From Eubacteriales bacterium (GTDB lineage: Bacteria > Bacillota > Clostridia > Oscillospirales > Butyricicoccaceae), in the NCBI GenBank assembly GCA_030533295.1, contig JAUNJI010000002.1:7395-65283 (forward strand): 57,889 nucleotides of DNA, given 5' to 3'. The notes beneath the pieces were generated by a model, which was given only the letters and a program-made list of their open reading frames with translations, searched no databases and was not told the origin of the DNA. Shown here piece by piece: positions 38,993 to 48,469 of this stretch. A program made the position numbers and the translations under genes. Each line of letters opens with the position of its first letter. Position 1 is the first letter of the stretch.

Positions 38993-39919
38993 TTGGCAAA
39001 AAACTACAAGGACGATTTCGACTACGCCGAGGCGATCGCACGCACGCAGGACGCGAACGAGCGCCAAGCGCTGCTCGCCGAGCGGCAAAACAAGATCGAC
39101 GCGGAGGGTCTGGCGGGCAAGGTCGCGTCGAACGACGCGGTGGCGACGTGGAACGGCGACTATCGCCCCTATTCGGTCAGCAGCGGCGGCGGGCGCGGCC
39201 AAAGCAGCACCAGCCACGCGGTCAGCCAGCTCTATGACGCCGCCGAGCGGGCGCGGCTGGCACGCTTCGCGGCCGCACGCCAGCGCATCGCGCAGCAGCT
39301 CCAGACCGATCTTGCGACGATCGAGCGCGACTACACCGCCGGCATGACCCAGACCGACATCAACGCCCGCCGCAGCGCGCTGGTCAACACCGAAAAGCTG
39401 GCCGCGCTCGGCCTGCACATGGACGCGCACCACGCCGCCCCGACCACGGGCGCGGCCGAGACCAGCCGGATCGCGCTCGACGACCGCTACCGCAGCGACC
39501 TGAACGCGCTGGAACGCGCCCGTCTGACCGCGCGTGCCGCCGCGCAGGCCGCCGCCACCGGGCGCGAGGCCGCCCTCGAGAGCGACTACGATGCCGCCAC
39601 CGAGACCGCCGCCCTCGCGCAGGCGCAGGCGCAGCTCGCGCAGTTCAACGCCGACCGCGACCACAGCCTGTCGATCGCCGGGCTGACCGGCTTTTGGAAC
39701 GGCACGCCCACGCTGGCGTGGCGCAGCTACCAGTCCGGCCTGTCGAGCCGGGCGCAGGCGCAGGACTATGCGCAGGCGCTCGACCGCTGGAAGGCCACCG
39801 GCTATGTGCAGCAGGAGGATGCGGCGATCCTGGGCGTGCCGGCGGGCACGCCCACCGCCGATACGCGCTACCGCGATGCGACGCTGGCGCTCCAGCGGTG
39901 GAAGGCCGGCTATCGGTGA
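38993..39919 (+). CDS. Ala/Gln-rich helical protein, candidate internal virion/ejection protein
   Basis: TTG start with AAGGAGG; 308 aa, coiled-coil-like; last gene of the operon. Confidence 0.55.
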   Translation: MAKNYKDDFDYAEAIARTQDANERQALLAERQNKIDAEGLAGKVASNDAVATWNGDYRPYSVSSGGGRGQSSTSHAVSQLYDAAERARLARFAAARQRIAQQLQTDLATIERDYTAGMTQTDINARRSALVNTEKLAALGLHMDAHHAAPTTGAAETSRIALDDRYRSDLNALERARLTARAAAQAAATGREAALESDYDAATETAALAQAQAQLAQFNADRDHSLSIAGLTGFWNGTPTLAWRSYQSGLSSRAQAQDYAQALDRWKATGYVQQEDAAILGVPAGTPTADTRYRDATLALQRWKAGYR

Positions 39920-39932
39920 CGCGAGACAGCAG

Positions 39933-39969
39933 CAAAAAAGCGGTGTGGCTCTTGCCACACCGCTTTTTT
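39933..39969. terminator. Bidirectional terminator closing the phage-like operon
   Basis: CAAAAAAGCGGTGTGGC-tctt-GCCACACCGCTTTTTTG. Confidence 0.85.
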
Positions 39970-39979
39970 GGGGTCTGTG

Positions 39980-41458
39980 CTATGTTTTGTAGTCGCGCAC
40001 GCCTATCCAGTCGCCGCAGGCTGCGCCGCTGTACAGGGTCAACGTGCCGTGGTTTTCGATCGCGGCGAAAATGCTCTTGTCGGTGGTCTCGGAGGATGCC
40101 TTGCTGACGATCGCGCCGTCCCCGTGGTCGCAGACCGTGAGCGAACCGCCCGACTCGATGATGAAGCAGGACTCGTCGGTGCTGCTGATGGTATAGCCAT
40201 TCAAGCAGATATTGACTGTCCCTGTGATCTTGATGCTCTCAGACAGCCCGACATCGCCGGCCAGATAGTAATTTCCATCATTGAGAGCATTACCCTCCGG
40301 CCATCCTTCCTCCGTCGGCCATTCTTTGTAGTCGATCGGTTGGAGACCACCGCCGGGAGAATGAGAGTCGTGGATGCTCGGATCTTTGCTCCCGAACGTA
40401 TTATCCTTATCGTTGTAGTATATGGTCGGAGTGCTTTGCAGTTTGTCCGCGCACTCCTTGGGCACATCTTTGGCGAGATACTGTCCATCCCATTTTTCGA
40501 CCTTGACCTGCAACGGATAACCCGTATACGGCGTGCCATCCAGTGACAAGGCCAGCGGCGCATTTTCTACGCTGTCGCTCAGCTGGGCGACCCGGATGGT
40601 GGGGGAATCGTCTCCTTTTTTGAAGGTCGGCGTGCCGGATAGGACGAGTTGACCGCCATTCAGCTCAATGACCGTGTTATCAGTCTTTGGGTATACCTCG
40701 ACCCCCTGACCGTTGACTTTGGCGATTGTCGTATTTTCTGTCACTGGTTGGGCGACTTCTCCACCACTGATCTCGATCGTACTATTAGTAGCTGCATAAA
40801 CCGCAGCATGGCCATACGAATATACCTCACCGCCCTTGATCGTACAATGACTCCCTTCCCCATACAAAGCGATCGTCCGTGCGTGATAAGCCTTTTTACT
40901 ATCAGTTTGGAAACTGCTCAGCTTGCCATCTTCAATAATGACCGAACCATTTTTATCCACTGATACCACCGCACCGCCAGCGCACTCCAATGTACCGCTT
41001 TTCACGATCAACGTACCACCCTCCATGACACGGATCGCGGCGTACTTCTCTTTTGCATCTGAAGTCTTTAAGGTGAGACTTTCTCTATCTTTTATGATAT
41101 GACCCGTCCCTCCACAATCGCAGATCGTCAGCGTGCCTGCAACAGCGATAGAATGATTTTGCTCTATCTCCCAACCATGACCATGAAGGCAGAGCGTAAC
41201 ATTCTGACCTCCATCGACCATCAACTGACGATCCAATTTAGGCATAGACTCGGGCAGGTAATAGACTCCTCCCTCCAAATACTGTATCTTATCACCCTCT
41301 GTTAGCTGGAGCGGCGTTGCGCCGTCACACAAACATGGCTCCTCCTCCGCGGCGGCGCCCCAGCCGCCGATGACCGTCCACACGATCAGCAGCGCCGACC
41401 CGATGCCGCAGCACCGCGCCCGGTATCTGCGCCAGATGTCACCGATCCGCTCTTTCAT
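39980..41458 (-). CDS. Secreted/surface beta-repeat protein, possibly C-terminally truncated
   Basis: N-terminal hydrophobic segment; two YYL...V(T/N)(L/I)CL(H/N)G...LT(I/V)CD modules; no visible anchor domain. Confidence 0.65.
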   Translation of the reverse strand: MKERIGDIWRRYRARCCGIGSALLIVWTVIGGWGAAAEEEPCLCDGATPLQLTEGDKIQYLEGGVYYLPESMPKLDRQLMVDGGQNVTLCLHGHGWEIEQNHSIAVAGTLTICDCGGTGHIIKDRESLTLKTSDAKEKYAAIRVMEGGTLIVKSGTLECAGGAVVSVDKNGSVIIEDGKLSSFQTDSKKAYHARTIALYGEGSHCTIKGGEVYSYGHAAVYAATNSTIEISGGEVAQPVTENTTIAKVNGQGVEVYPKTDNTVIELNGGQLVLSGTPTFKKGDDSPTIRVAQLSDSVENAPLALSLDGTPYTGYPLQVKVEKWDGQYLAKDVPKECADKLQSTPTIYYNDKDNTFGSKDPSIHDSHSPGGGLQPIDYKEWPTEEGWPEGNALNDGNYYLAGDVGLSESIKITGTVNICLNGYTISSTDESCFIIESGGSLTVCDHGDGAIVSKASSETTDKSIFAAIENHGTLTLYSGAACGDWIGVRDYKT

Positions 41459-41673
41459 ATCTTCCATCCTCTCCCGATCGCGCTCCGCGACAGACTGCCG
41501 CGAAAAGAAGAATTGTCAAACCATATCGCCTTGTGCTATAATATCCAAAAGGCTGCTTATCCTGCATCGATCACACCGCGCCACGCCGCTCGGCGGACGC
41601 TCTGTCCATCTGCCGGCCTTGTGCGCCGCGCCAGCCCGGCACGGCCGAGCACCATATGTAAGGGGGATCCACT

Positions 41674-42333
41674 TTGACCGCAGTATATGCCATTCCTGTA
41701 TCCGCCGTCGATCCGGACGACCGCGCCTCCCGTGCGCGGCTGTCGCGCGAACGGCTCGAACAGCTCGACCGCCGCCGCGGTGCGGCGCGGGAACAGGGCT
41801 TCGCCGCCTCGCTGCTGCTGGAGTACGCCGTCAAACAGCATTTTCCATGGGTCGTGCACCCGCTCGTCCTGTCGATCGCCGAGGGCGGCAAGCCCTATCT
41901 GGTCAGCGAGCCCGGTATCCATTTCAGTTTGTCCCACTCGTCGGATTGGGCGGTCTGCGCCGTCAGCGACCATCCCGTCGGGGTGGACATCGAGCGCTGT
42001 GCGCCCGGCCGCCGCGATGTCGCGACCCGCTTTTTCCACCGCGAGGAGGTGCGCTACCTCAATACCCTGCTGCCCTCGGCGCGGGACGATGCGTTCTACA
42101 AGCTGTGGACGCTCAAGGAGAGCTTCGTCAAGTCCACCGGGCGCGGGCTCGATCTGCCGCTGCGCAGCTTTTGGATCGACATCCGCCATCTGCCGCCCCA
42201 TCTGGAATGTGGCGAGGTCGAGGGGACGTTTTCGCTGTTCCTGCCGGATTTCCCGGCCGACCGCGACTATCGTCTGGCCGTCTGCGTCGAGCAGGCGGCA
42301 GCCGAAGCCCCCGCGCTGTATATCCTGCGCTAG
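41674..42333 (+). CDS. 4'-phosphopantetheinyl transferase (Sfp-like)
   Basis: GGKPYL, HFSLSHS, VGVDIE, LWTLKESFVKSTGRGL. Confidence 0.92.
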   Translation: MTAVYAIPVSAVDPDDRASRARLSRERLEQLDRRRGAAREQGFAASLLLEYAVKQHFPWVVHPLVLSIAEGGKPYLVSEPGIHFSLSHSSDWAVCAVSDHPVGVDIERCAPGRRDVATRFFHREEVRYLNTLLPSARDDAFYKLWTLKESFVKSTGRGLDLPLRSFWIDIRHLPPHLECGEVEGTFSLFLPDFPADRDYRLAVCVEQAAAEAPALYILR

Positions 42334-42401
42334 CAGGCCGCGCCCGGCGGGCAGGCCGTATCCGCTCGAGCGGATGCGGCCTTTTTGCTGTCTGTCGGCG
42401 G

Positions 42402-42659
42402 TCAGTGCCGGCTCTCGTAGGCCGTGCGCACCGCGGTCGCGAGCTGGTCGGAGCAGCTCGTGCCCCGGCCGCTGCACGACACGCCCTTGAAATAGCCCTC
42501 GATCTGCGCGATGGTCATGCCCTCGACCACGCGGCTGATCGCTTGCAGGTTGCCGTTGCACCCGCCGAGAAAGGCCACGTTGTGCACGGTGTCTCCCTCC
42601 AGATCGAACGAGATCTGCATCGGGCAGACGCCGCTCGGCTTATAATCGAAATGTTCCAT
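42402..42659 (-). CDS. Small four-Cys TSCPD-like protein (TIGR03905-like, 85 aa)
   Basis: GVCPMQISF, GGCNGNLQAI, SCSGRGTSCSDQLA. Confidence 0.85.
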   Translation of the reverse strand: MEHFDYKPSGVCPMQISFDLEGDTVHNVAFLGGCNGNLQAISRVVEGMTIAQIEGYFKGVSCSGRGTSCSDQLATAVRTAYESRH

Positions 42660-42685
42660 CCTGATCCTCTCCTGTCTGTATCTTG

Positions 42686-43390
42686 TCACAATAGCGTGCG
42701 GATATAGGCCGCCGCCTCGGTGAAGGTGTGTGCTTCGATGTAGGGGCGCGTGTCCGCCGGGCGGGGCAGGTCGGTCCAGTTGAGCCACACGCCCGCCAGA
42801 CCGACATCCAGTGCCCCTTGGATGTCGTGCCGGAAGTTATCGCCCACCATGATCGCCTCGTGCGGCAGGCAGCCGCATTTTTGCAGCGCCAGCCAGAAGA
42901 TCGGGGCGCCGGGTTTGTCCATACCGGCCTCCTCACTCGACACCAGATAGTCGATCCGGCCGGACAGGCCGAGCTGCTCGAGCTTTTGCATCTGGATGTC
43001 GGCCAGCATATCGGTGCAGACCGCTGTGCGGATGCCCGCGCACCGCAGGTCGTCCAGCAGTGCGGTCACGCCCGGGCGCAGCACCATTTTTTCCAGCACC
43101 GCGTCCCAATAGACCCGGTGCGCCCGCCGCGCCTGACCGATCGCATCGCAGCCCAGCTGCTCGAGCGCCCGCTGCGCGAACAGCACGCGGTCGTGCACGG
43201 GCGGCATACCGGGCTGCTGCCGCGCCAGCTGCTGTCGCGCCTGCCGGAACGCCTCGGTGAACGCCGCGCCGGACACGCCCAGCGCGTCCTCCGCCCACGC
43301 GGCGAGCCGCTCATACGCATAGGCGTCGCACGCCTGAAAGCTGGTGTAGAACGTGTCGTCCAGATCGAAAAAAACTGCTTTTAGTGCCAT
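42686..43390 (-). CDS. HAD-family hydrolase
   Basis: FDLDDT, SSEEAGMDKP, MVGDNFRHDIQGA. Confidence 0.9.
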   Translation of the reverse strand: MALKAVFFDLDDTFYTSFQACDAYAYERLAAWAEDALGVSGAAFTEAFRQARQQLARQQPGMPPVHDRVLFAQRALEQLGCDAIGQARRAHRVYWDAVLEKMVLRPGVTALLDDLRCAGIRTAVCTDMLADIQMQKLEQLGLSGRIDYLVSSEEAGMDKPGAPIFWLALQKCGCLPHEAIMVGDNFRHDIQGALDVGLAGVWLNWTDLPRPADTRPYIEAHTFTEAAAYIRTLL

Positions 43391-43397
43391 AAGATCC

Positions 43398-43961
43398 TCA
43401 CATCAGCGCTTCGTCGTACACCGCGCGGCTGCCGCCCACGAACGGCGGCCGACGGCGGGCGCACAGCAGCACGGCTTCACCGATGTGTTTGACCGCGATG
43501 CGCAGCGGCACCACGACCGGCTCGATGTGCATCCCGATCAGCGTGCCGCCGATGTCCATGCCCGCATGAGCCGACTGCTTGAGGTCGCCCACCGCCACGG
43601 GATCGGCGAAACGCCGATAGGCCGTGGTCGCGAACGAGCCCCCGGCCTTGGGCTGGGGCACGACGTTGACCTCCTTGAGCCCGAACCGGGCGCACACCGC
43701 CCGCTCGACCACCAGCGCCCGATTGAGGTGCTCGCAGCACTGCGCGGCCAGCGCGATGCCCTGCGCCCGCAGCACGCCATCGATGCCCTCGAACACGGCC
43801 TCGGCCACCTCGACGCTCGAATGGCTGCCGATCTGCTCGCCCAGGATCTCGCTGGACGAGCAGCCCACGACGAACAGCTCGCCCGCACGCAGCTTGGCGG
43901 CTTCGCAGACCTGTGCGGCCGCCTGCGCCGCCTGTTCTTTATATTGAGAAAGCTCCATCAT
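43398..43961 (-). CDS. UPF0340/YwlG-like (TIGR01440) protein
   Basis: VVGCSSSEI, AQCCEHLNRALVVE, PKAGGSFA, DIGGTLIGMH, GGSRA. Confidence 0.9.
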   Translation of the reverse strand: MMELSQYKEQAAQAAAQVCEAAKLRAGELFVVGCSSSEILGEQIGSHSSVEVAEAVFEGIDGVLRAQGIALAAQCCEHLNRALVVERAVCARFGLKEVNVVPQPKAGGSFATTAYRRFADPVAVGDLKQSAHAGMDIGGTLIGMHIEPVVVPLRIAVKHIGEAVLLCARRRPPFVGGSRAVYDEALM

Positions 43962-44087
43962 ATCTCTATGCCTCCTTTCCTTTTAGTATAGCACGATCGG
44001 TCAACGGTTTCACCGTATTTTTTTGCATGGCATAGATTGGGATGAGGCACCGCCTCACATCCCAACGACGACAAGGAGCGACCGCTT

Positions 44088-44285
44088 ATGGATATATCGA
44101 CCGATCGGGCGGGTCAGGCGCTGCCAGCCGACAGCATCGACCCCCGCCTGCTCTCCCTCGCGATGGCCTTCGTGCCCGCGCAGCGCTTCGACGAGCCCTA
44201 TGAGCCCGCGCTGGCGCTCAGCCGCGGCACGATCTTCCCCGCGCTCGACAAGCCCTTCATCGGAGAGGAGGCCGTACCGCGATGA
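44088..44285 (+). CDS. cotJA: Spore coat protein CotJA
   Basis: LAMAFVPAQ...ALSRGTIFPALDKPF. Confidence 0.9.
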   Translation: MDISTDRAGQALPADSIDPRLLSLAMAFVPAQRFDEPYEPALALSRGTIFPALDKPFIGEEAVPR

Positions 44286-44539
44286 CCGACCGCGACAAGC
44301 TGCTGGGGCGCGTGCGGATGTACGACTTCGCGCTCGTCGAGGCGATCGAATACCTCGACACCCACCCCCAGAACACCGCCGCGCTCGCCTATTACAGCGA
44401 GATGCGCACCGCCTTCGATGATGCTGCCGCCGCCTATGAAAATGCGTTCGGCCCGCTGACCGCCCGCGAGGTGGACACCCGCACCGGCCACTGGCGCTGG
44501 ATCGACGACCCGTGGCCGTGGGAAGGAGAGGATGACTGA
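44282..44539 (+). CDS. cotJB: Spore coat protein CotJB
   Basis: YLDTHP, FGPLT, WRWIDDPWPWE. Confidence 0.92.
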   Translation: MTDRDKLLGRVRMYDFALVEAIEYLDTHPQNTAALAYYSEMRTAFDDAAAAYENAFGPLTAREVDTRTGHWRWIDDPWPWEGEDD

Positions 44540-45213
44540 TGTGGTCTTATGATAAACGTCTGCAATTCCCGGTGAAGATCAAAAACCCCGACCCGCAGAT
44601 CGCCAAGATCGTCATGACCCAGCTCGGCGGGCCCGACGGCGAGCTCGGCGCGTCGATGCGCTATCTCAACCAGCGCTACGCCATGCCGTATAAGGAGGGC
44701 AAAGCCATCTTGACCGACATCGGCACCGAGGAGCTGGCGCACATGGAGATGATCTCGGCGATCGTCTACCAACTCACGCGCGACCTGACGCCCGAGCAGA
44801 TCCGCGAGGGCGGCTTCGATGCCTATTTCGTCGATCACACGGCCGGCATCTACCCGCAGTTCTCCTCGGGCACGCCGTGGAGCGCGATGACCTTCCAATC
44901 CAAGGGCGACCCGATCACCGACCTGTTCGAGGATCTGGCCGCCGAGCAAAAGGCACGCACGACCTACGACAACCTGCTGCGTCTGATCGACGACCCGGAC
45001 GTGCGCGAGCCGCTCAAGTTCCTGCGCGAGCGCGAGATCGTGCATTTCCAGCGTTTCGGCGACGCCCTGCGCATCGTGCAGGACAACTTGGACGCCAAGA
45101 ACTACTACGCCTTCAACCCGGCGACCGACATCCGCCCGCCGTCACGCGACCGGATGCGCCGGAACGGCCTGCACCGCCCCGCCGAGGGCGCTGCACCGCC
45201 GTCCGCCGACTGA
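44539..45213 (+). CDS. cotJC: Manganese catalase-family spore coat protein CotJC
   Basis: MWSYDKRLQFPV, GGPDGELGASMRY, DIGTEELAH, EREIVHFQRFG. Confidence 0.95.
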   Translation: MWSYDKRLQFPVKIKNPDPQIAKIVMTQLGGPDGELGASMRYLNQRYAMPYKEGKAILTDIGTEELAHMEMISAIVYQLTRDLTPEQIREGGFDAYFVDHTAGIYPQFSSGTPWSAMTFQSKGDPITDLFEDLAAEQKARTTYDNLLRLIDDPDVREPLKFLREREIVHFQRFGDALRIVQDNLDAKNYYAFNPATDIRPPSRDRMRRNGLHRPAEGAAPPSAD

Positions 45214-45434
45214 CCGCATACCGCCAGCGCCTCCCCTCCCGGGAGGCGCTGCGCGGTTTTACGCGCGATTTTACAAGACGTTCATGTTGATCGCGGTGTT
45301 TTCTGGTATAATAAAAGATAGTGTGGCATCGATGCCACTTCTTTTATGCGGTCGCGCTGCCCTGTGCGGCGTGTTTCCGGACGACCCTATCGCCGGATAC
45401 GACCGCGACATCATTGGAAAAAGGAGGAGCCTGT

Positions 45435-46670
45435 ATGCAACGACAGACCTTGGTGATCACCGGCATGGGCGCAGTCACGCCCATCGGTATCGGCGTGCCC
45501 GCCTATTGGGACGCGCTCGTGCAGGGGCGATGCGGCGTCGGGCGCATCACCCGCTTCGATACCGCCGACGCTGCTGTGCAGATCGCAGCCGAGGTCCGGG
45601 ACTTCGACCCGACCGACTATATGCCCAAAACGCTGGCGCGCACCATGGATCCCTTCATGCGGTTCGCGTTCGTGGCGGCCGAGGAGGCGCTGGCCGACAG
45701 CGGCCTATCCGCGCCGCCCTGCCCCGACCGCACCGGCATCGTGATGGGCACGGCGATGGGCGGCGTGACCACGGTCGCGCAGACCCAAGCCGCCTTCGAC
45801 GCCGGCCACCGCGTCGGCCCCCGCTTCGTGCCGATGACGCTCGGCAACGTCGCGGCGGCGCAGATCGCGATCGCGCACGACATCCGCGGCCCCAGTCTGA
45901 CGGTGGGCACGGCCTGCTCGTCGGGCGGCGACGCGATCATGACGGCTGCCCTGCTGCTGCAAAGCGGCGCGGCCGACGCGGTGCTCGCGGTCGGCGGAGA
46001 GAGCATCCTGTGCCCGGTCGTGGTGGCCGGGCTGGCGCAGTCCAAAGCGCTGTCCCGCCGCAACGACGACCCGCAGACCGCCTGCCGACCGTTCGACCGC
46101 GATCGCGACGGCTTCGTGATCGGCGAGGGCGGCGGTGCGCTCGTCCTCGAGACCGAAGCGCACGCCCGCGCCCGCGGCGCACACATCTACGCCGTGCTCG
46201 CGGGCTGGGCGAACACCAACGACGCCCACCACGTCACCGCCCCCTGCCCGGACGGCGCAGGCGCGGCAGACTGTATGCGGCAGGCGCTCGCCCGCGCCGG
46301 GATGCAGCCCGGCGAGATCGGCTATATCAATGCCCACGGCACCTCGACCCCGCTCGGCGACAAGGCCGAGACGCTGGCCGTCAAGGCCGTGTTTGGCGGG
46401 CGACAGACCGCCCCGCCCCTGTCCTCCACCAAGTCGGCGACCGGCCATCTGATGGGCGCGGGCGGGCTGACCGAGGCCATCGCCTGCATCAAGGCGATCG
46501 AGCAGGGGATCCTGCCGCCCACGCTGCATCTCGCGACCCCCGACCCGGACTGTGACCTCGACTACGTGCCCAACACCGCCCGCCGGGCGGCCATCACCGC
46601 CGCGATGAGCAATTCGCTCGGCTTCGGCGGACAAAACTCCAGCATCATCCTACGCGATTATTTGAAATGA
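45435..46670 (+). CDS. fabF: Beta-ketoacyl-ACP synthase II
   Basis: VITGMGAVTPIG, TACSSG, NAHGTST, TGHLMGA, NSLGFGG. Confidence 0.92.
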   Translation: MQRQTLVITGMGAVTPIGIGVPAYWDALVQGRCGVGRITRFDTADAAVQIAAEVRDFDPTDYMPKTLARTMDPFMRFAFVAAEEALADSGLSAPPCPDRTGIVMGTAMGGVTTVAQTQAAFDAGHRVGPRFVPMTLGNVAAAQIAIAHDIRGPSLTVGTACSSGGDAIMTAALLLQSGAADAVLAVGGESILCPVVVAGLAQSKALSRRNDDPQTACRPFDRDRDGFVIGEGGGALVLETEAHARARGAHIYAVLAGWANTNDAHHVTAPCPDGAGAADCMRQALARAGMQPGEIGYINAHGTSTPLGDKAETLAVKAVFGGRQTAPPLSSTKSATGHLMGAGGLTEAIACIKAIEQGILPPTLHLATPDPDCDLDYVPNTARRAAITAAMSNSLGFGGQNSSIILRDYLK

Positions 46671-48319
46671 GGCGAACCCCTTTGCAACACGACTACACCT
46701 ATGACGTTTCCATGTTCCGCGACACCTTCGAGACGCGCTTCACCTATCTGAACGGGTTCTTGCGCAACGTATCGCGCTTCGGCGCACGCCCTGCGCTGCA
46801 CGACCCGCTCTTTGGACGGCGCTGGACCTATGTCCAGCTCAATGCGGCCGCCGACCGGCTAGCGCACGCGCTGCGCGCCGATGGCGTGGGGCGGAACGAC
46901 GTGGTCATGTTCGCGCTGCGCAACTCGCCCGAGTTCGTGTTCTGCTATCTGGCCGCGCACAAGATCGGCGCGATCGCCTGCCCGATCAACTACCGGCAGA
47001 GCGCGGGCGAGCTCGCCCTCATGATCGACGACAGCCGTCCCAAGGCGTTCTTTTATGAAGCCGCGTTCGCTGCGCTGTCCGAGGCGGCGCTCGCGCACGC
47101 CGCCCATCCGCCGGTGCGGGCAGTCATGGTGACGACGGGCGACGAAAACGCCCCGCTGCCGACCGGCCATGTCCGCTATGCGGACTACACCGCCGATCAG
47201 CCCGAGACCGACCCGCCGATCGACTTCGACCCGCACATCTACGACGAAACGACCCGGCTATACACCTCGGGCACGACCGCCCGCCCCAAGGGCGTGCCGC
47301 TCAACAACATCAACGAGGTGCTGTCCGCCCACGATGTCATGATGCACTTCCCGCTCGGTCCGACCGACCGCACGATGAACATGACCCCGTGGTTCCATCG
47401 CGGCGGCATCCACTCGGGCGGCCCCTGCCCGACGCTGTACGCCGGCGGCGAGGTCGTCGTGCTGCGCGATTTTTCGCCCAAGCGCTGTCTGGACTACGCC
47501 GAACGGTATCAGATCAGCTTTTTGATCGGCGTGCCGACCGTGATCGCCATGCTCGCCCGGATGCAGGAGCGCAGCCCGGCCGATCTGTCGGCGCTGCGCG
47601 GCATCGTCACCATGGGCGCGCCCTTTGAAAAGGCCGCGTGCGAAAAATATATGGAACTGCTCACGCCCAACATCTTCAACGGCTACGGCACGACCGAGAC
47701 CTTCTGGAACACCTTCCTGCGGCCGTTCGACTTGCCCGACCGGACCGGCTCGGCCGGGCGCTCGTGCACCGATGATGACGTGCAGCTGGTCGCGATCCAT
47801 GCCGACGGCACGCACGCCGAGCCCGAGGACACCGTCCCGCGCGACGACATGACCCCCGGCGAGATCATCATCTCCTCTCCGGCCAAATGCGCGTTCTGCT
47901 ACACCAACGACGAGCCGCTCACCCGCGCCAAGTTCTACAAGGGCTGGCTGTACACGGGCGACGTGGGCACTTGGGACGAGGATGGCTTCATCACGGTCGC
48001 CGGGCGCAAGGACGATATGATCGTCTCGGCGGGCGAGAACATCTACCCCACCCAGATCGAAGCCGTGCTCAACGAACACCCCAAGGTGCTCGAGAGCGCG
48101 GTCATCGGTGCGCCGGACGCGCTGCGCGGCGAGATCGTGACCGCCTATGTCGTCCCGGCGGACGACAGCCTGACCATCGACGAGCTCAAGGCGCACTGCG
48201 CACGCAGCCCGCTGCTGTCGTCGTACAAGTGGCCGCGCGCCTACTACCTCGTGTCCGAGCTGCCGCACACCGCGACCGGCAAGCTGATGCACTACAAGCT
48301 GCGCGCGCAGCAGGACTGA
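46667..48319 (+). CDS. AMP-binding acyl-CoA ligase family protein
   Basis: YTSGTTARPKG, GYGTTE, YTGD, GRKDDMIVSAGENIYP, TGKL. Confidence 0.92.
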   Translation: MRRTPLQHDYTYDVSMFRDTFETRFTYLNGFLRNVSRFGARPALHDPLFGRRWTYVQLNAAADRLAHALRADGVGRNDVVMFALRNSPEFVFCYLAAHKIGAIACPINYRQSAGELALMIDDSRPKAFFYEAAFAALSEAALAHAAHPPVRAVMVTTGDENAPLPTGHVRYADYTADQPETDPPIDFDPHIYDETTRLYTSGTTARPKGVPLNNINEVLSAHDVMMHFPLGPTDRTMNMTPWFHRGGIHSGGPCPTLYAGGEVVVLRDFSPKRCLDYAERYQISFLIGVPTVIAMLARMQERSPADLSALRGIVTMGAPFEKAACEKYMELLTPNIFNGYGTTETFWNTFLRPFDLPDRTGSAGRSCTDDDVQLVAIHADGTHAEPEDTVPRDDMTPGEIIISSPAKCAFCYTNDEPLTRAKFYKGWLYTGDVGTWDEDGFITVAGRKDDMIVSAGENIYPTQIEAVLNEHPKVLESAVIGAPDALRGEIVTAYVVPADDSLTIDELKAHCARSPLLSSYKWPRAYYLVSELPHTATGKLMHYKLRAQQD

Positions 48320-48416
48320 GCCTGCCTCCGCTGTCCCCCGTCTGCGATCGATGCGCGGCGGGGGCACGGCCGTTTTTGCCTGCAAAAAACTTTTTCAACA
48401 TTTTTTGTAAAATATG

Positions 48417-48445
48417 TTGACAGACCGCAGTTTCTATGGTATTCT
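48417..48445 (+). promoter_or_regulatory. Sigma-A promoter of tRNA-Arg
   Basis: TTGACA-17-TATTCT with extended TG; AT-rich upstream element. Confidence 0.8.
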
Positions 48446-48469
48446 ATTTAGGCAGTCGAAACTGCGAAT

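Larger units (their letters stand above)
31748..39969 (+). mobile_element. Stand-alone podovirus-like morphogenesis operon (candidate GTA or domesticated prophage remnant)
   Basis: Nine co-oriented genes from terminase to an ejection-like protein, between one promoter and one terminator. No integrase, replication, repressor or lysis genes. Confidence 0.8.

Noticed and set aside
31748-39969. Complete prophage or capsid-forming PICI
   Set aside because: No integrase, att repeats, primase/replication or repressor genes are visible, and the flanks are ordinary host genes.
44010-44040. Mother-cell sigma-E/K promoter (CATAGATT) before cotJA; similar CATAGGAT before the DUF4830-like gene
   Set aside because: Plausible, but too short and degenerate to call or to assign to a sigma factor.
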